Below are positions 46,200 to 59,386 of a stretch of DNA of 64,000 nt, piece by piece. Made by a program: the position numbers and the translations under genes. Source of the DNA: the human T2T-CHM13v2.0 reference genome, Homo sapiens. The stretch lies in assembly GCF_009914755.1 (NCBI RefSeq), contig NC_060929.1; one strand, written 5' to 3'. The number at the start of each line of letters is the position of its first letter. Within the stretch, counting starts at the first letter, position 1. The notes beneath the pieces are model-generated. The model was given only the letters and a program-made list of their open reading frames with translations, did no database searches and was not told the origin of the DNA.

Positions 46200-47630
46200 T
46201 CCCCACTGTCAGTTGATAATCCGTTTACTTCACTGAGAAATTAGAAGTACTAAAGGAGAACTTCACACTTTTTCATCATTGAATTAATCATATGCTTATA
46301 TCTGTGTTCACTTAGATTTTGTTCTGCTAGAATGGTTGTTGCATCAGTGTTCCTCCTTAAAACCAATGTCCTCAATCCTAACCTCCCCACATAGGCAAGG
46401 ACACAAGGATATCACACCTATGGTTATCCTCTCTCTTGCAGCAGCTTTGCCTTCTTTATCACTTAGTACCATGAGAATGCAAACACTGTATTATTTCTCC
46501 TCATCCTTAAAAAAATGCCACCTCTGGACTCACATTCCATCCAGCAAACACCAAGCTACCCCTCTTTACTCATCTCCCTCGTACAACAAAACCTCTTGAA
46601 AAAGTTGTTCTTCTTCCTGTCTCCACCTCTTGTTCTGCTCTCTCTTGATCCCTCCCAAGGAAGCCCATGTTCACCACTACACTAGCCTTTTTATTTCCTG
46701 TCAATAAAAATAGTGACTTTCATGTTAATAAGCTCAATGGTCAATTTCCCAGTCTTCCTAGAAGTACTTGTCCATTCTCTGTTGAAACATGTGCTTACTG
46801 TTCTGTATTTCAGTCGCTCTTTCTAATCTCTTCCCATCTTTCTGACTGTTAAAGTTTGGAGTGTCCCAGAGCTCAGTCCTCACATCTGGACTTCTTTATC
46901 TATACTTGTTCCTTAAAGATCTCATCCTATCCGGGGACTTTTATTTAAACATATATTGGTTAACAAATCGCATGTTTTAGTTTGCTTCAGCTCATCTTTG
47001 AACTCCAGACTTACATATCTAAATACCTAATCAATATTTCCCCTCAGATGCCTAATAGACACTTCATATTTAGCAGGGTCACAGCCATACTCTTTATTTC
47101 ACCACCCTCCAAAACCTGTTCAACCCAGTCTTTTGCTTCATAATGAATAGAAACTCCAATCTACCAGTTTCCATGGCTCAGTCATCCTTGACTACTCTCT
47201 TTCATACCAAAGTCAGGTCTTTCAGCAAGTTCTTTCAGGTCTTCCTCTAAAATAGATCCCGAATCTCACCACTTTTTAAAGGCTTCATCATTGCCACTTC
47301 TGTACAAGCTCTCACCTTTTTTTTCCATTATCACATTTTATGTCACACTCTGTTTGTTTGTTTTTTTTAATTAATATTCCCGGCAATCCAAATATGTCAC
47401 ACTCTTAACAGATCTAACTGCTTTCACACCTAGGAACATTCAGTCACTTCTTCACAAAGCAGCCAAAGTGTTCCTTTGCAAGTATAAGTCATTTATTGTT
47501 ATTTCTTTGCTCAAAACTCTCCTATAACTTCTTTAATTTGGAGAAAAAGTCAAGGTCAGGATCCTTACTATAGTCCACAAGGTGCTTTGTGATATGAGAT
47601 CCTAAAATCTTTTTGACCTGATATTTCTAT
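46200..47630 (+). mobile_element. L2 LINE (ORF2/3' region)
   Basis: 'ggagtgtcccagagctcagtcctc..tgaactccagacttacatatc..cagatgcctaatagacacttca..gtcatccttgact..ctcaaaactctcc'. Confidence 0.75.
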
Positions 47631-47636
47631 ATGTAC

Positions 47637-47669
47637 TCTGTGTGTGTGCATGTGTGTGTGTGTGTGTGT
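47637..47669. repeat. (TG)n microsatellite
   Basis: Seen directly; abuts the truncated end of the provirus. Confidence 0.9.
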
Positions 47670-47679
47670 AAGAGGTGGT

Positions 47680-50600
47680 AAGATCTGAACACAGTGTGCC
47701 CGTGGCACACAGACTGAGAGGTGCAATTCAAGCTAAGCATTCCCTTAGGGGACCAATTAATAATGATTCCATAGGAATCATTGTGCAGCACCTCTGTCTG
47801 TTCTGCAAAGCAATCTTCCTAAACAAGTACCTTCATTTTTTCTAACTGGGTCCAATCCTGTTTACAAATAGGTTTTTGAGGGCGGTATGCCTCAATTATA
47901 GGAGCAGATTTATTATGGTAAATACTGAGATCAGAAAGCATGTGTAACTGTGTCATAGAGTGATTACATCCAGGCATTATTGCCAGCCAAGATTGATAAA
48001 TATGCCCAATAAGTATAATTGTTCTCTGTGTCAGCTCTTGTTGAAGAAATACTCACAGCAATAGTGATCACCACTATCATAGCTACCATTAAATTATTCA
48101 TTGTGACTGGTTGTCCTGCTTTCCTCAGATTTTCTTCCGCCATCTCTGACAGCTTCTTGATCTGTCCCCAGGTGGGTGCTGCGCTCGACAGGTGTTGCTT
48201 GTGACAGATGGGGTCCTCCTCAGCGTCAGTCTCAACATGGCTGCAACTGAGGGGTCCTGGGGATCCTCCCGGAATCTGACTCATAAGGTTTCAGGTGTCT
48301 TGATGGTATCCAAATCAGCTGTTGATTTTTGCCTGGAGAAACACAAGCATAACCTCTACCCCAAGTTATTATTTTACCTTCAGAATTATATGGGATACCA
48401 GTAATGTGTTTAATATTCCACATAGAGAAAAATTTAGCCAGAGCTTGGCTAGTATAGCCAGGGGCATTATCTGTTTTAATAGAAACTGGGATGCCCATCA
48501 CCGCAAAACATTGCAAAAGATGACATTTAACACAGGCAGAAGACTCTCCTGTTTGGCATATAGCCCAGACAAAGTGAGAAAAGGTGTCCACACACACATG
48601 TACATAAGCGAGTCTCCGAAACGAGGGAACAGGTGTGACATCCATTTGCCAAAGTGAGTTAGGTTCCAGTCCTCAAGGATTAACTCCTCCTGTAAAAGAT
48701 GAGGAATGTACCATTTGGCAAGTTGGGCATCGCTGGATAATAGCTTTAGCTTCTTTCCAGGTAATGCTGTATCTACGTTTGAAACCAGAGGCATTAACAT
48801 GAGTTACATTGCGAAAGTGTCTAGCATTAGATATTGCAGTAGCAACTAGGCGATCAGCCGTTTGATTCCCTTTAGTTAAAGGTCCTGGAAGAGGTGTATG
48901 AGCTCTAATGTGAGTGATGTAAAAAGGATGCATTCTACTCCTAACTGCTGTTTGCAATTGGGTAAATAAAGTCACCAGTTGTTCATCTGTAAGAAATCGT
49001 AACTGAGCATTTTCAATTAACTGTGTGGAGTGAACCAAGTATGAAGAATCAGAAATCACATTAATAGGCATATCAAAAGCAGTCAATACCTCAATTACCA
49101 CTACAAGCTCCGCTTTTTAAGCTGAGGTATAGGACGTCGGAAAAACTTTACTTTTTGAGCCAGAATAAGAAGCTTTACCATTACCAGACCCATCTGCAAA
49201 GCAAGGAAAACGCTTAGCAGGCTACAGGTTGTTTACTGCAGGAATTCTAAATGCAAACTGTTCACAGTCTTGCTCAGCTAAAGGGATAGTAAAGAAACAG
49301 TCTTTTAAATCTATGACTATTAAAGGCCAATTTTTTGGAATTATAGCAGGAGAAGGCAATCCTGGCTGTAATGCTACCATAGGTTGTATAACTGAATCGA
49401 TGGCTCTTAAGTCAGTAAACATTCTCCATTTACCTGATTTTTTTCTTAATTACGAAAACTGGAGAATTCCAAGGAGAAAATGTTGGAGCTATGTGCCCAT
49501 TTTCTAATTGTTCAGCAACTAATTTCTCTAAAGCCTCCAGTTTTTCTTTACTTAGCGGCCATTGTTCTATCCAAATTGGCTTATCTGTTAACCATTGTAA
49601 AGGTACAGGTTCTGGAGGCTTAACAATGGCTGCCATCAAAAATTTTTTCCTAACCTTTGGCGGGAACTTTGTTTTTCCGCTTGAAGCAGTTCTTTCAAAC
49701 CTTGCAAATTTTTTTCTAGTCCCATACCAGGGACATACCTCAATTCATGCATTGTATATTGACTTTGAGGGCTGTATAATTGTTCTGGAATTAGAAGTTG
49801 TGCTCCCCATTGTTGTAATAAATATCTTCCCCATAAATTTATAGGTACAGAAGTTACAATCGGTTGAATAGTCCCAGGTTGTCCATCAGGCCCCTCACGA
49901 TGCAAAATATAAGTACTTTGATATACTTCAGCGGCTTTACCAACTCCAACTATATTAAATTGAGTGGGTTGAATTGGCCACGTGGACGGCCAGTGCTGTA
50001 GAGAAATGATTGAAATGTCCGCTCCTGTATCTACCAAACCTTTAAATTTCTTTCCTTGAATAGTTATTTCACAGGTAGGGCGTTTATCAGTAATTTGATT
50101 TACCTAATAAGTTGCTTTGCCTTGTTTATTTGTGCTTGCAAATCCTCCTGTTCGTTTAATTTCACTTTTTCCCATTCCCACATACGGCACCATCAGGAGC
50201 TGTGCTATGTGCTCTCCTGGCTCTGCTTTCCAGGGAACAGAAGTAGATATAACAATTTGAATTTCTCCATTGTAATCGGAATCAATGACTCCTGTATGTA
50301 TTTGTACGCCTTTTAAACTATCGCTAGACCTTCCTAAAAGTAATCCTATAGTCCCTGCTGGCAAGGGTCCACCAACTCCTGTCGGGACCTTTTGCGGGGG
50401 TTCCCCAGGCAAAAAGCTCACAGCTTTTGTGCAGCATAAATCTACTGCGGCACTACTGGCTGTGGCAGGGGACAGACATTGTATAGGGGTGAGGGAATGG
50501 CCTGAGCTGGAAATGCCCTGGTTTAGAACGGGGCCCGGGACAGGCCCCTCATGGCGTTTCCCGAAATCGGGTTCCCATCTTTATCAAACTTAGAGTGACA

Positions 50601-51316
50601 CTGACTAGCCCAGTGTTTTCCTTTTTTACATTTTGGACATATTTCAGGATCAGCAGTTTTCTTTTTTCCCCTATCTGGTGGCCTGACTCACTGATTTTTT
50701 CCACATTCTTTTTTAGTATGAATAGCTTCTTTAAATTCTTTGAGTAATTTAAAAGGAAAAGGTTCAAATGTATCTGTAATATTTCCCTGTTGATCTAGGG
50801 GGTGTATTCTAACAGGGAACTGCCAAGCCTCTAAATCACCCTCTTGTCTAGCTTGCTGAATTCCTGCCTGAATAGAACTAAGAGCAGTCACTTGAGGCGC
50901 TGCTGCTGCTCAAACAGTCACTGGGGCAACTGTTTTTCACCCAGCGTCCTCCAGAAAAGAAAGATCTGGGGGGTCATTTTCTTCAAAATAATAAGGAGGG
51001 TGTGCAGAATGGTAGGGATGAACCTCTCCTTCCTTTGCCGCTTTAGCTTTAGCCAGCAAATAAACATGCTCTGTAACCTCTTCTGCTACTTCGCTATACT
51101 CTTGTTCCTCCTTGTTATCTGTGAAAAAGTTCCAAGGTGGAGCGAACCAGACCCCATACCTGTCCCATTGTTACCCTGATGCTTCCGAGCTCCCCTTCTT
51201 ACTCACCACAGGGATTGCTTTAAGAGTACTCGGTGTCCTCCAGCTAGTTTTCCGTTCCAACCATCGCTCTTGCGACCCTTCGACCTGGATTCGAGCCCCC
51301 ACGAATGGAAGCCACT
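47680..51316 (-). mobile_element. HERV-K9 (HML-3) internal region, multiply deleted and 3'-truncated in env
   Basis: gag 50688-50891 (AWQFPV..FEPFPFKLLKE); dUTPase 50104-50421; protease 49636-50037 (DTGAD plus G-patch); RT 49222-49639 ([28 protein letters not shown]); RNase H and IN zinc finger 48673-49101; IN core 48232-48645 (KTDNAPGY); env leader 47964-48284. Confidence 0.92.
51297..51314 (-). promoter_or_regulatory. Primer-binding site, tRNA-Lys-like (degenerate)
   Basis: Minus strand reads tggcttccattcgtgggg just inside the 5' LTR; similar to the Lys PBS TGGCGCCCAACGTGGGG. Confidence 0.7.
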
Positions 51317-51807
51317 TGCTGAGACCAGCTCGGTGGAGGAGACCCTAACCCAGCAGCTCTAGAGGAATTAAAGACACACACACACAGAAATATAGAGGTG
51401 TGAAGTGGGAAATCAGGGGTCTCACAGCCTTCAGAGCTGAGACCCCCAAACAGACGTTTACCCACATGTTTATTAACAGCAAGCCAGTCATTAGCATTGT
51501 TTCTATAGATATTAGATTAACTAAGATGGGCCAAATTAAAGAAATAGGTTTGGCTAGTTAACTGCTGCAGGAACCTGCCCTGAAGGCATAAATCGCTCAT
51601 GCTTATTGTTTGTGGCTTAAGAATGCCTTTAAGCGGTTTTCCGCCCTGGGCTGGCCAGGTGTTCCTTGCCCTCATTCCAGTAAACCCACAAACTTCCAGC
51701 TTGGGCGTCATGGCCATCATGAACATGTCACAGTGCTGCAGAGATTTTGTTTATGGCCAGTTTTGGGGACAGTTTATGGCCAGATTTTGGGGGGCTTGCT
51801 CCCAACA
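51317..51807 (-). mobile_element. MER9-type 5' LTR of HERV-K9
   Basis: Minus strand starts tgttgggagcaagccccccaaaatctggccataaac and ends gctggtctcagca. Confidence 0.9.
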
Positions 51808-51809
51808 AC

Positions 51810-52005
51810 AATATGCATACAATAATATATACTATATGCAATATATATAATATATACTATGTATAATATACATACACTAATATATGTATACAACATAATA
51901 CTGTGTGTATATTGCTTGTATACACATGTATATTGGATATGGTATGTACTCTATGTATATTGTATATTGACCTCACTATTCACATGTATATGAATATATG
52001 AATAT
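51810..52005. repeat. TA/TATG-rich low-complexity tract
   Basis: Seen directly. Confidence 0.8.
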
Positions 52006-52129
52006 GATACCTTTTTGGTCTTAACATTCATATAGATATATGAATAGTTAGGTCAAAGAGGTATCATTATAACTCTTTCCCCAGGCCTTTCTCTCTTTCT
52101 CCCCACTCCCTCTCTCTCAATCTCTCTCA

Positions 52130-52720
52130 GTATCAGTTAATATCAGAGAAATGAGTCTGGAAGTTACTTATATAAAGTTGATAAGTAAAACCGTGAAAAA
52201 GCTGAACTGACAAAGGAAACAGGAGACAAAAGAGAAACAGAGGAGAGGGACCCAAATACAGAAACGTAGAAAGTGGGAGAAGGTCTACATTTAGGAGAGA
52301 TTCAATAAAGAACTCATGAAAGGATACAGAAAAGGGAACACTGGACTTGTAAGCCATGAGATGACAGAACTTCTATCAAATCCTGCAGTTTAATTAGATT
52401 ACGGATTCATCAGAGTTGGCCATCATAAGTCATTGATTATTTTAGAAGAGGGACTTCAAGAGTTGTGGTAAAATAAATGAGGTGGAGAACATAGAATTCT
52501 CTTTTGAGTTTATTTTTTAAAAATAATTGAAGGAGAAAGAGGGTAAGGATGGCTGTGAACATTGCTAGGCTAAGGAAATAAGCCAGCAAAAGGGAGAAAC
52601 ATGAGAGGCAAGTGACAGAACAAGGTTCCATGGAAGAACAAAGCACAAGATAAAGAGCTCAGATGCAACCTGGAAGAACATGTCATTCCAAACTAGCTTG
52701 CACGAAAGAGGGAAGAAGTG
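52130..52720 (-). mobile_element. L2 fragment
   Basis: 'gagtctggaagtta..gccatgagatg..atttagaagagggacttcaagag..tttttaaaaataattgaaggagaaag' resembles L2 on the minus strand. Confidence 0.55.
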
Positions 52721-54757
52721 ACAGGTTTTAAAATGAGAAGAGGGCACATTTAGGGTGCTTACATGGGTTGAGCTCAAACTTCTAAATAAAGGAGCAAATT
52801 AGATAATTGACTGAGATATGGCTATCTCTATACAGAAATATTTTAATTTTATGTTTCAGGTATTATTACAAAAATAAGTCAATGTAAGTTATTTTACAGA
52901 TAGGAAATAAGTGTTTACCCTATGTCTAAAATTTAAATACAGAAGCTTTCACAATTTAAAAAATACGTTCCTGGAATTGAGCAAAATGGAGGGTATATTT
53001 CCAAACAGAAACCTAGTATTTGAAAGAAATGATTCCAAGCCCCTAAATATTAGAATAGATTGTATGAATTTTGAACATAAATACCCAGTGATACCAAGAT
53101 CCAAGGCCTTCAGACTTGCAGAAAAACATATAGTACAGTCCCCTAACATTAGTAGCTCTTGAAAATCATCATCCTTCATATTCAATTATTAATCAGGTTT
53201 TGTGTAATTCATTTAAAAGGTAGAAATTTCTTGGAGAAGCCCTTAAAATTCATGCCAAGATCTCCCAGAAAAAAGAGTGAGTGTGTGTGTGTGCATGTGT
53301 GTGTGTGTGTGTGACCTGACTTTTTAAAATTTTGAACATGAACTTCAAGCTTTCTGCACTTGGATAAAAGGCAAGAGAAAACATCCAGCACCTTCAATGC
53401 AACAAAGAAAAGTGAGAGGAATGCATGGTGGAGAAAAAGACTCCCTCACAAGACATTTCTCCACTCCCTCCAAAACTGCACCAAGAGATGTATTCAGAAA
53501 ATAGACGTCTGGGAAACACGCACAATTGCTAAGCAGAACTGACAACTGTATTATCTCTGCTTATAACAGGCTGTTAGCATAAACTGCCAAGCAGCTCTCA
53601 GGTAATAAAATCAGAAAAGTACATAGGCTTTGGGATGTGATTTTTAGCTTTCCTGAACTTCATATTTCTATTGTGCATGATTAAGACACTTAATAGGTAT
53701 ATTTGTCAATGAAGGAATAAATAAAGAAATGTGTGTGTGCATGCATAAATGCATATATACTGAGTATCAGATGGAATTCCAATGCCCAACAAGGAGTGGG
53801 ACTGCCTGGCAATTCTGGACAACAGACACAGACATGCACTCAGGGTTGGGCTTCCTCCAAGCAAGCCGGCCAATTTCCCAGTACAGATGATGGCCAAATA
53901 TTCTCTTGAGAAAGATATCTAATGCTTTTGGAAATACCTTAGTTTCTCTCAAACGCCCTAAGCACCATGTTTTCACAGATTGAAATAGCAAAAAGAATTT
54001 CCAATACCGTAAAAGGACTGCTAGACTACTGAATTGGAATTGCATGACCTATATACAGATCATAGGCAATGTAATCTAGTCATTAAGAGCCTCCCCTCGA
54101 GAAGGCAGAATACCTACATAAGAATAGCTACTCCACCACATACTGACTGTGTGGTTTTGGAAAGAAGTTAAACTGCCGGAGACCGATTTTTCTCCACTAA
54201 ATAATAACCCACCACAAAGTTTATGGTGGGGATTAAATGAGATAATGCATATATAGTTCACATATTATCTGGTGCCTAGAAAATACTCAGTAAATATTAG
54301 CTGCTTAGAATTTGTGTTTTAAAGGGAGAGAAAGTGATGTGAATGTGTTTGTGAATTTTTTTGCTTATATATGCATAAACTATCTCTGGAAGGATAATGT
54401 CAGTTATCCTAAATGAAAAGAATAGTAGTTGGGAAAGGGAACACAGTAAGACTTTTTCATTGTATAGCCTTTAGTATCTCTTCAAATATTAACCACCTGA
54501 ATTTATTACCTATTCAAAAACAGTAAACTGTAAATATAGCAAATAAATTAAAAACTGCTGTTAATTTTACTCACTTCTAAACAGCATACATATACTGCAC
54601 TTCACTATAATATGTTCCCACACTAAATTTAGAAGTAATCCAAATAGCAAGTTGGAAGACTGATCAAAAGAGGACTTGTATTTTTGTTTAATCCAGCCTA
54701 AGGCATTTCCCAACATTTTTGTTTGTTTTACTCTCCCTTTAGCCATAGATTAAAATA

Positions 54758-55715
54758 CAGGCAGTCCTCACTTTGCATTGTTCCACTATGCATAATTTCA
54801 GTTACTACAGTTTAGTTTTATAACAGCAATACTCCAATAACACAGGTCAAACTTCAGCTACCACAGTATATTTACTGAGAATTAATTGCATAAAGAACCG
54901 ATTTGCTGCTGGCTCTTCGGCCCACAAATCACCATATAACCACCAGATGCAGGTCATGATCAGGTACTAATCAATCATGTCACTTCTTTCAAGGTCTGCC
55001 TGAGATTGGAGATTGGTCATCATTCATCTGTTATGAGGTTTATCCCCAGATCATAAAGTGTGTAGTTGTCTCCTTGTTTCCCAGTAATAAAGCCAGGTAA
55101 CATTTATAAAAAATGGATAATCCAAAGAGTGAGCCAGTCAAAAGAAGTAAGTGCAGCAAATAAATGAAAAGCAATCATGCAGGAAGTCAAATTGAATATT
55201 ATTAGAACTTATTCACCTAAATGAGCAGTTATGACAAAAAGGATGAAAGATATACCAGAGAGGTTATGCCAGCAAAAAACTTCACATTATCAAACTCTTG
55301 GAGCTATTTTACAATATTTTACAACACTCAAAACACACAAAAAATAACATTTTGGAAACGGATTCAGATTTAGAAAGGAGTATGACAATTTTCCAAGGTG
55401 TAAAAAAGATGTTGGCTCCATGTGCTGAGTTACATTATAAGAAGAAAAGCAGAAAAGCACTGTTTAAACTACTCTTATTATTTTTTCAAAGAAATGAAAC
55501 ACTAATTTTTAATGTTTCAACTGTTTTAATTACAGTGTACTAAATATTAGTTTTACTAGTTTTTATTTTCCTTTATATTTATTCCCAGAAGTAAGAGAGT
55601 GTTTAGTGTTTTGACAAAAAATTTAAACGCTCCACAAAAATCATGATTTTTTCCATGATTACTAAACTCACTTTGCATAGTTTCAACTTGCAAAGCCAAG
55701 CTGAAAGTAGTCATG
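54758..55715 (+). mobile_element. Tigger (TcMar) DNA transposon deletion derivative (Tigger6-like)
   Basis: TA followed by TIR-like caggcagtcctcactttgca. Transposase C-terminal remnant at 55298-55543 (ELFYNI..NILETDSDLERSMTIFQGVKKMLAP). Confidence 0.7.
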
Positions 55716-56719
55716 CTTCTTTTCCACCAGATAATATGAACTTTCTGCTTCATTTTAAAGAATGTGTGATTTATGAACCTAACTATTATCATTAATGGAA
55801 TATAATAATGTCAAATCTGTAATATTAGACCTATTTTCAAAATTAACACCAAAAATGTTACAAATGTCAGCATTACCTGAATTCAGTTTCTTGTTTTCAG
55901 TATTTTATTGTCACATATGAAATATATACACAACTGGATTCATATGGTCAAATGAAAAAAATAGTTATCGTGACAAGGCTAGTAACACAAAATAATTGAT
56001 GGTATTTTATTTTTTCTTCTGTGCATGAGTTCAGGAGAGTCAATTCCATCACTGAAACAGAAAAAGATTTCGATAGACTTGTTTCCAACATTTTCTTTAC
56101 AGATACATACAAAATGTGTTTGAGGAATAACTTGACTATTTTAGGGTGAACTACTGTATATTATTACTGGCTACTCTGCATTTTTAAATACTTAGACACT
56201 ACATATTGTATTAGTAATCTTGAAAGAGCAAAGGACATAGGTTGTTTGGATAACAAGAGGGGTAATTATGAAGAAGGAAACATGAGCAAGATAGAAATAA
56301 ACAGAAACTATAACTGGAAAATTCAATGTCACCAACGAATTTTAATGACACAAAACTTCTAACTGACAGCATGCTACTTCCATTCATTGCTAATTGCACA
56401 CAGAGTACATCCAAAAGAGGAGGCAGTTAGAAAGAAGGTGCTGTGTGAACTTGGGGAGGAAACTCGGGGGTGGAAATCTCTGAAGATGTAGTGACTGAGT
56501 AAGTAAGAAGAGGACATGAGTTCATTTTGTAATGTAGGGAAACCAATCAAGCATAGATGAAATATCATTGCAATAAATGAAGATTTGTGGGAAGAGTTAG
56601 TGGAAATATGGAGAAAAGTTATAACCGTCAAAAGGAAAAATGAATTTTTTTCACAAAGTGCGTCTAATTTAGTCAGAAACCTGATAATCATGCTTAACAA
56701 TTTTCTTTCCCTCGACTTC

Positions 56720-57700
56720 CATGTCCAAATAGTTGCCAAGGTCTGGAGATTTTTACTTTCTAAATATCTCTAGATTGTATCTGTACTCTGCATCTTTTCC
56801 ACTAACACAACTACCATGACTGCTCTCCCAGACACCCAGACCACTGGCATAGTCTCCTAAGTTTTCTTCCCACATTTACTCTGCCTCAGTCTGCTCTCCA
56901 GACCCACTCTGTGCTCTTCTCCACCTCTCCCCATGCTTCAAGATGCTGAACTACAAGAACATATTAATGGGCCCCCCTGCTCTGTGGAGCCCTGTGGTCC
57001 CATCAAGGTATTTCTTCTCTCAGCTCTTTGTGTTCAGTGTCGCTGCAGGTTTGCAGCATCCCTCCACAGAAGCGATATCTTCTGTAAGGCAGCTCCCCTC
57101 TACTTAGTCCCTTTGTCTCCAGGTTCCAAAAAAAACCCTGTAATTCTTCCTGCATCAGGCCTGGGGAGGAATTATCCAACTCTTGGTCTCCTCTCCTCCC
57201 CATCTTTTGTAAATAGCTGCTTTATTATACTCTCTTCAAATAATTCCACTTGACTGTGCCATGTGTTTCCTGTCAGGGTCTGGACAATGGTCTTGTCCCT
57301 GCTCTTTCTCCAACAGCATCTCTTAATAGTCCTCATCCTAATCCACACTGCTTACAGTCTCAACGGCAACCCATTGAACTACTTACAGTTCCCCAAGTGT
57401 GCCCTTATTACATTCCAGTTTTCTTCCTTGCTATTCACCGGCCCTAATATCCACCCCATAATTCAGAAATTTCATCTTCCCAGAAGTTTTGATATCCTCT
57501 ACTTACTATCTTCTAGTTTGTGTTTGGGTAGTCATTTTAGCTCCTAGAGCACGGTATCTATCCATACCACAATGCTTATCACTCCGTGATTGCCTTTTAT
57601 TTGTCTGTCTATCCTACAAGCTCTGAATCACCATCTTTAGTTTCTAGTCCCCAGGGCCGAATAAACTCCCTGGCACATGATAGCTGTTCAATAAGCAAAT
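56720..57700 (+). mobile_element. L2 3' fragments interrupted by an old LTR (about 56900-57290)
   Basis: 'caaatagttgccaaggtctg..ttctaaatatctc' and 3' end 'cctggcacatgatagctgttcaataag'. LTR-like end 'tgactgtgccatgtgtttcctg'. Confidence 0.5.
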
Positions 57701-58234
57701 CAAACTATAAAGCTGTGTGTGTAATCTAGCTAAAGTAGTTCAGAGCTATTTTGTAATATATTGAGGCACAGTATATTATAAACAAGCTTACCTATTTATC
57801 CCAACCATTTTCTTCTTCCAATACAGATCTTAGTGGGAATACAGCTCCCATAGCCAAAATACTGTACCAAGTGTATAGACTGATGCAACTACCTCCATCA
57901 GCCATTTATCCTTCCAAAAATAAAACCTTTAAGCTTCCTTCTCAATTCTCCTTTACTGAGCATTTTATTTCTTCAGTGTTGTCAAAGAAAATACAGTACA
58001 TTAAAAAGTAAGGATGACCCAGAAAACTGGATTGAGAAAGATTTCAGAAGGAGGTTTATTCAGGGAAAACATTATGAATGTTTCATAGTATTATTACTCC
58101 CATAAGCTTTGCAGTGAGAGTAACATTTACCATTTCTTTACATTATTTTATTAAAATTATTTGTTTCTTTTCTTTTATGGCTACCTCTTCCTCTCCTCTC
58201 CCCCATTTCAACCATATTCTTCACTCAGTCCTTT

Positions 58235-58715
58235 AGAAGACACTATGGTATTCCAACTAGATTTCCTTACCCTTTTCAGGACTAAAGAACTTACTTCTCA
58301 GCTTCTGGGAATGCTGACAGTTGATGGCTCACAGGCGAATCCTTCCTTCCAAGTTTCACCCTCAGCTGAAGAGAGCTGCGGGTATGACATCTTACCTCCT
58401 TCCTGGGGCAGTCCACAGCCAATGACTAGTCAGTGCTGAGGGCTGGAAGGGGAAAGCATACAGAGAATGTCAGGAAACAAAGCTCCCTTGCTCCTATTTG
58501 GAAAAACCATGCGGGGATATCAGGGATATTTCAGCTCCAGAGGGCCTTCTGGAACCAGTTTTTGCTGTGACTTCATCACAACCCAACCCCTCCCTAAGCT
58601 TGACCTACCTTCATTTCCCTTCAGTGGTTGACACAAGGAGCCCTCTGCCACTCCCCCATTCACTCCTTGAATGCCAATCTCTGTCTCAGAACCGCTTTCC
58701 AGGGAGTCTGACTGT
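58235..58715 (+). mobile_element. ERVL-class LTR (LTR16-like)
   Basis: 'cagctgaagagagctg..tcctggggcagtccacagccaatgact..ctctgtctcagaaccgctttccagggag'. Confidence 0.6.
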
Positions 58716-59386
58716 GAGAGTCTTCAACAAGGACCCCATGTTAAAAAAAAAAAAAAAAAGAATTCTTCCGTGCTTCCTTCTATAACAGTTTAATCACATA
58801 CACAAACGTATGTAGGCATATACATGAATAAAAGTGTTATAAATATATAAGATTTTGGTTTTTGTTAATGGGATATTATACATTTCTTAGTTTTACCATT
58901 CAATAGCACATAGTATAAATTCCTTCAACACAACTTGTACCATTTTATAACTTTAGTTTATTCTTTGAGTAGCTACATAATACTCCATGATGTTGACATA
59001 TCATAATGTAGTCATTCATCTTTTGCTGGGCATTCATCTTGATTACTGTTTTGTTTTGTGTTCGTTTTGGCCCCCATGAACAATGCTGGAGTAAATATCA
59101 TTGTATATATGCCCCTATGGACTGGTAGTTTCATTTCTGTAGGTTTCCAAAAATAATAATAGGTTCAAAAATATGTATATTTTATTTTCATAGATATTGC
59201 CAGATTTGTTTCTAAAATCCTATAATATTCACATTTGTACCATTAATAAGAATAACTTATGAAATAATTCTATATAAGTCATTGTGATATATTTCTTTCT
59301 TGTCCTATACATAAACAAATGACTTAATGAAAACTTTCTTTTTCAAGATGAAAGTCTAGAGAGGTCCCCAAAATCGATCCAGCAAA

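Noticed and set aside
47964-50891. dUTPase, protease, RT and integrase ORF cluster as a novel system or domesticated genes
   Set aside because: Standard betaretroviral HERV-K gene order with LTR and PBS; frames are fragmented and the RT catalytic core is deleted.
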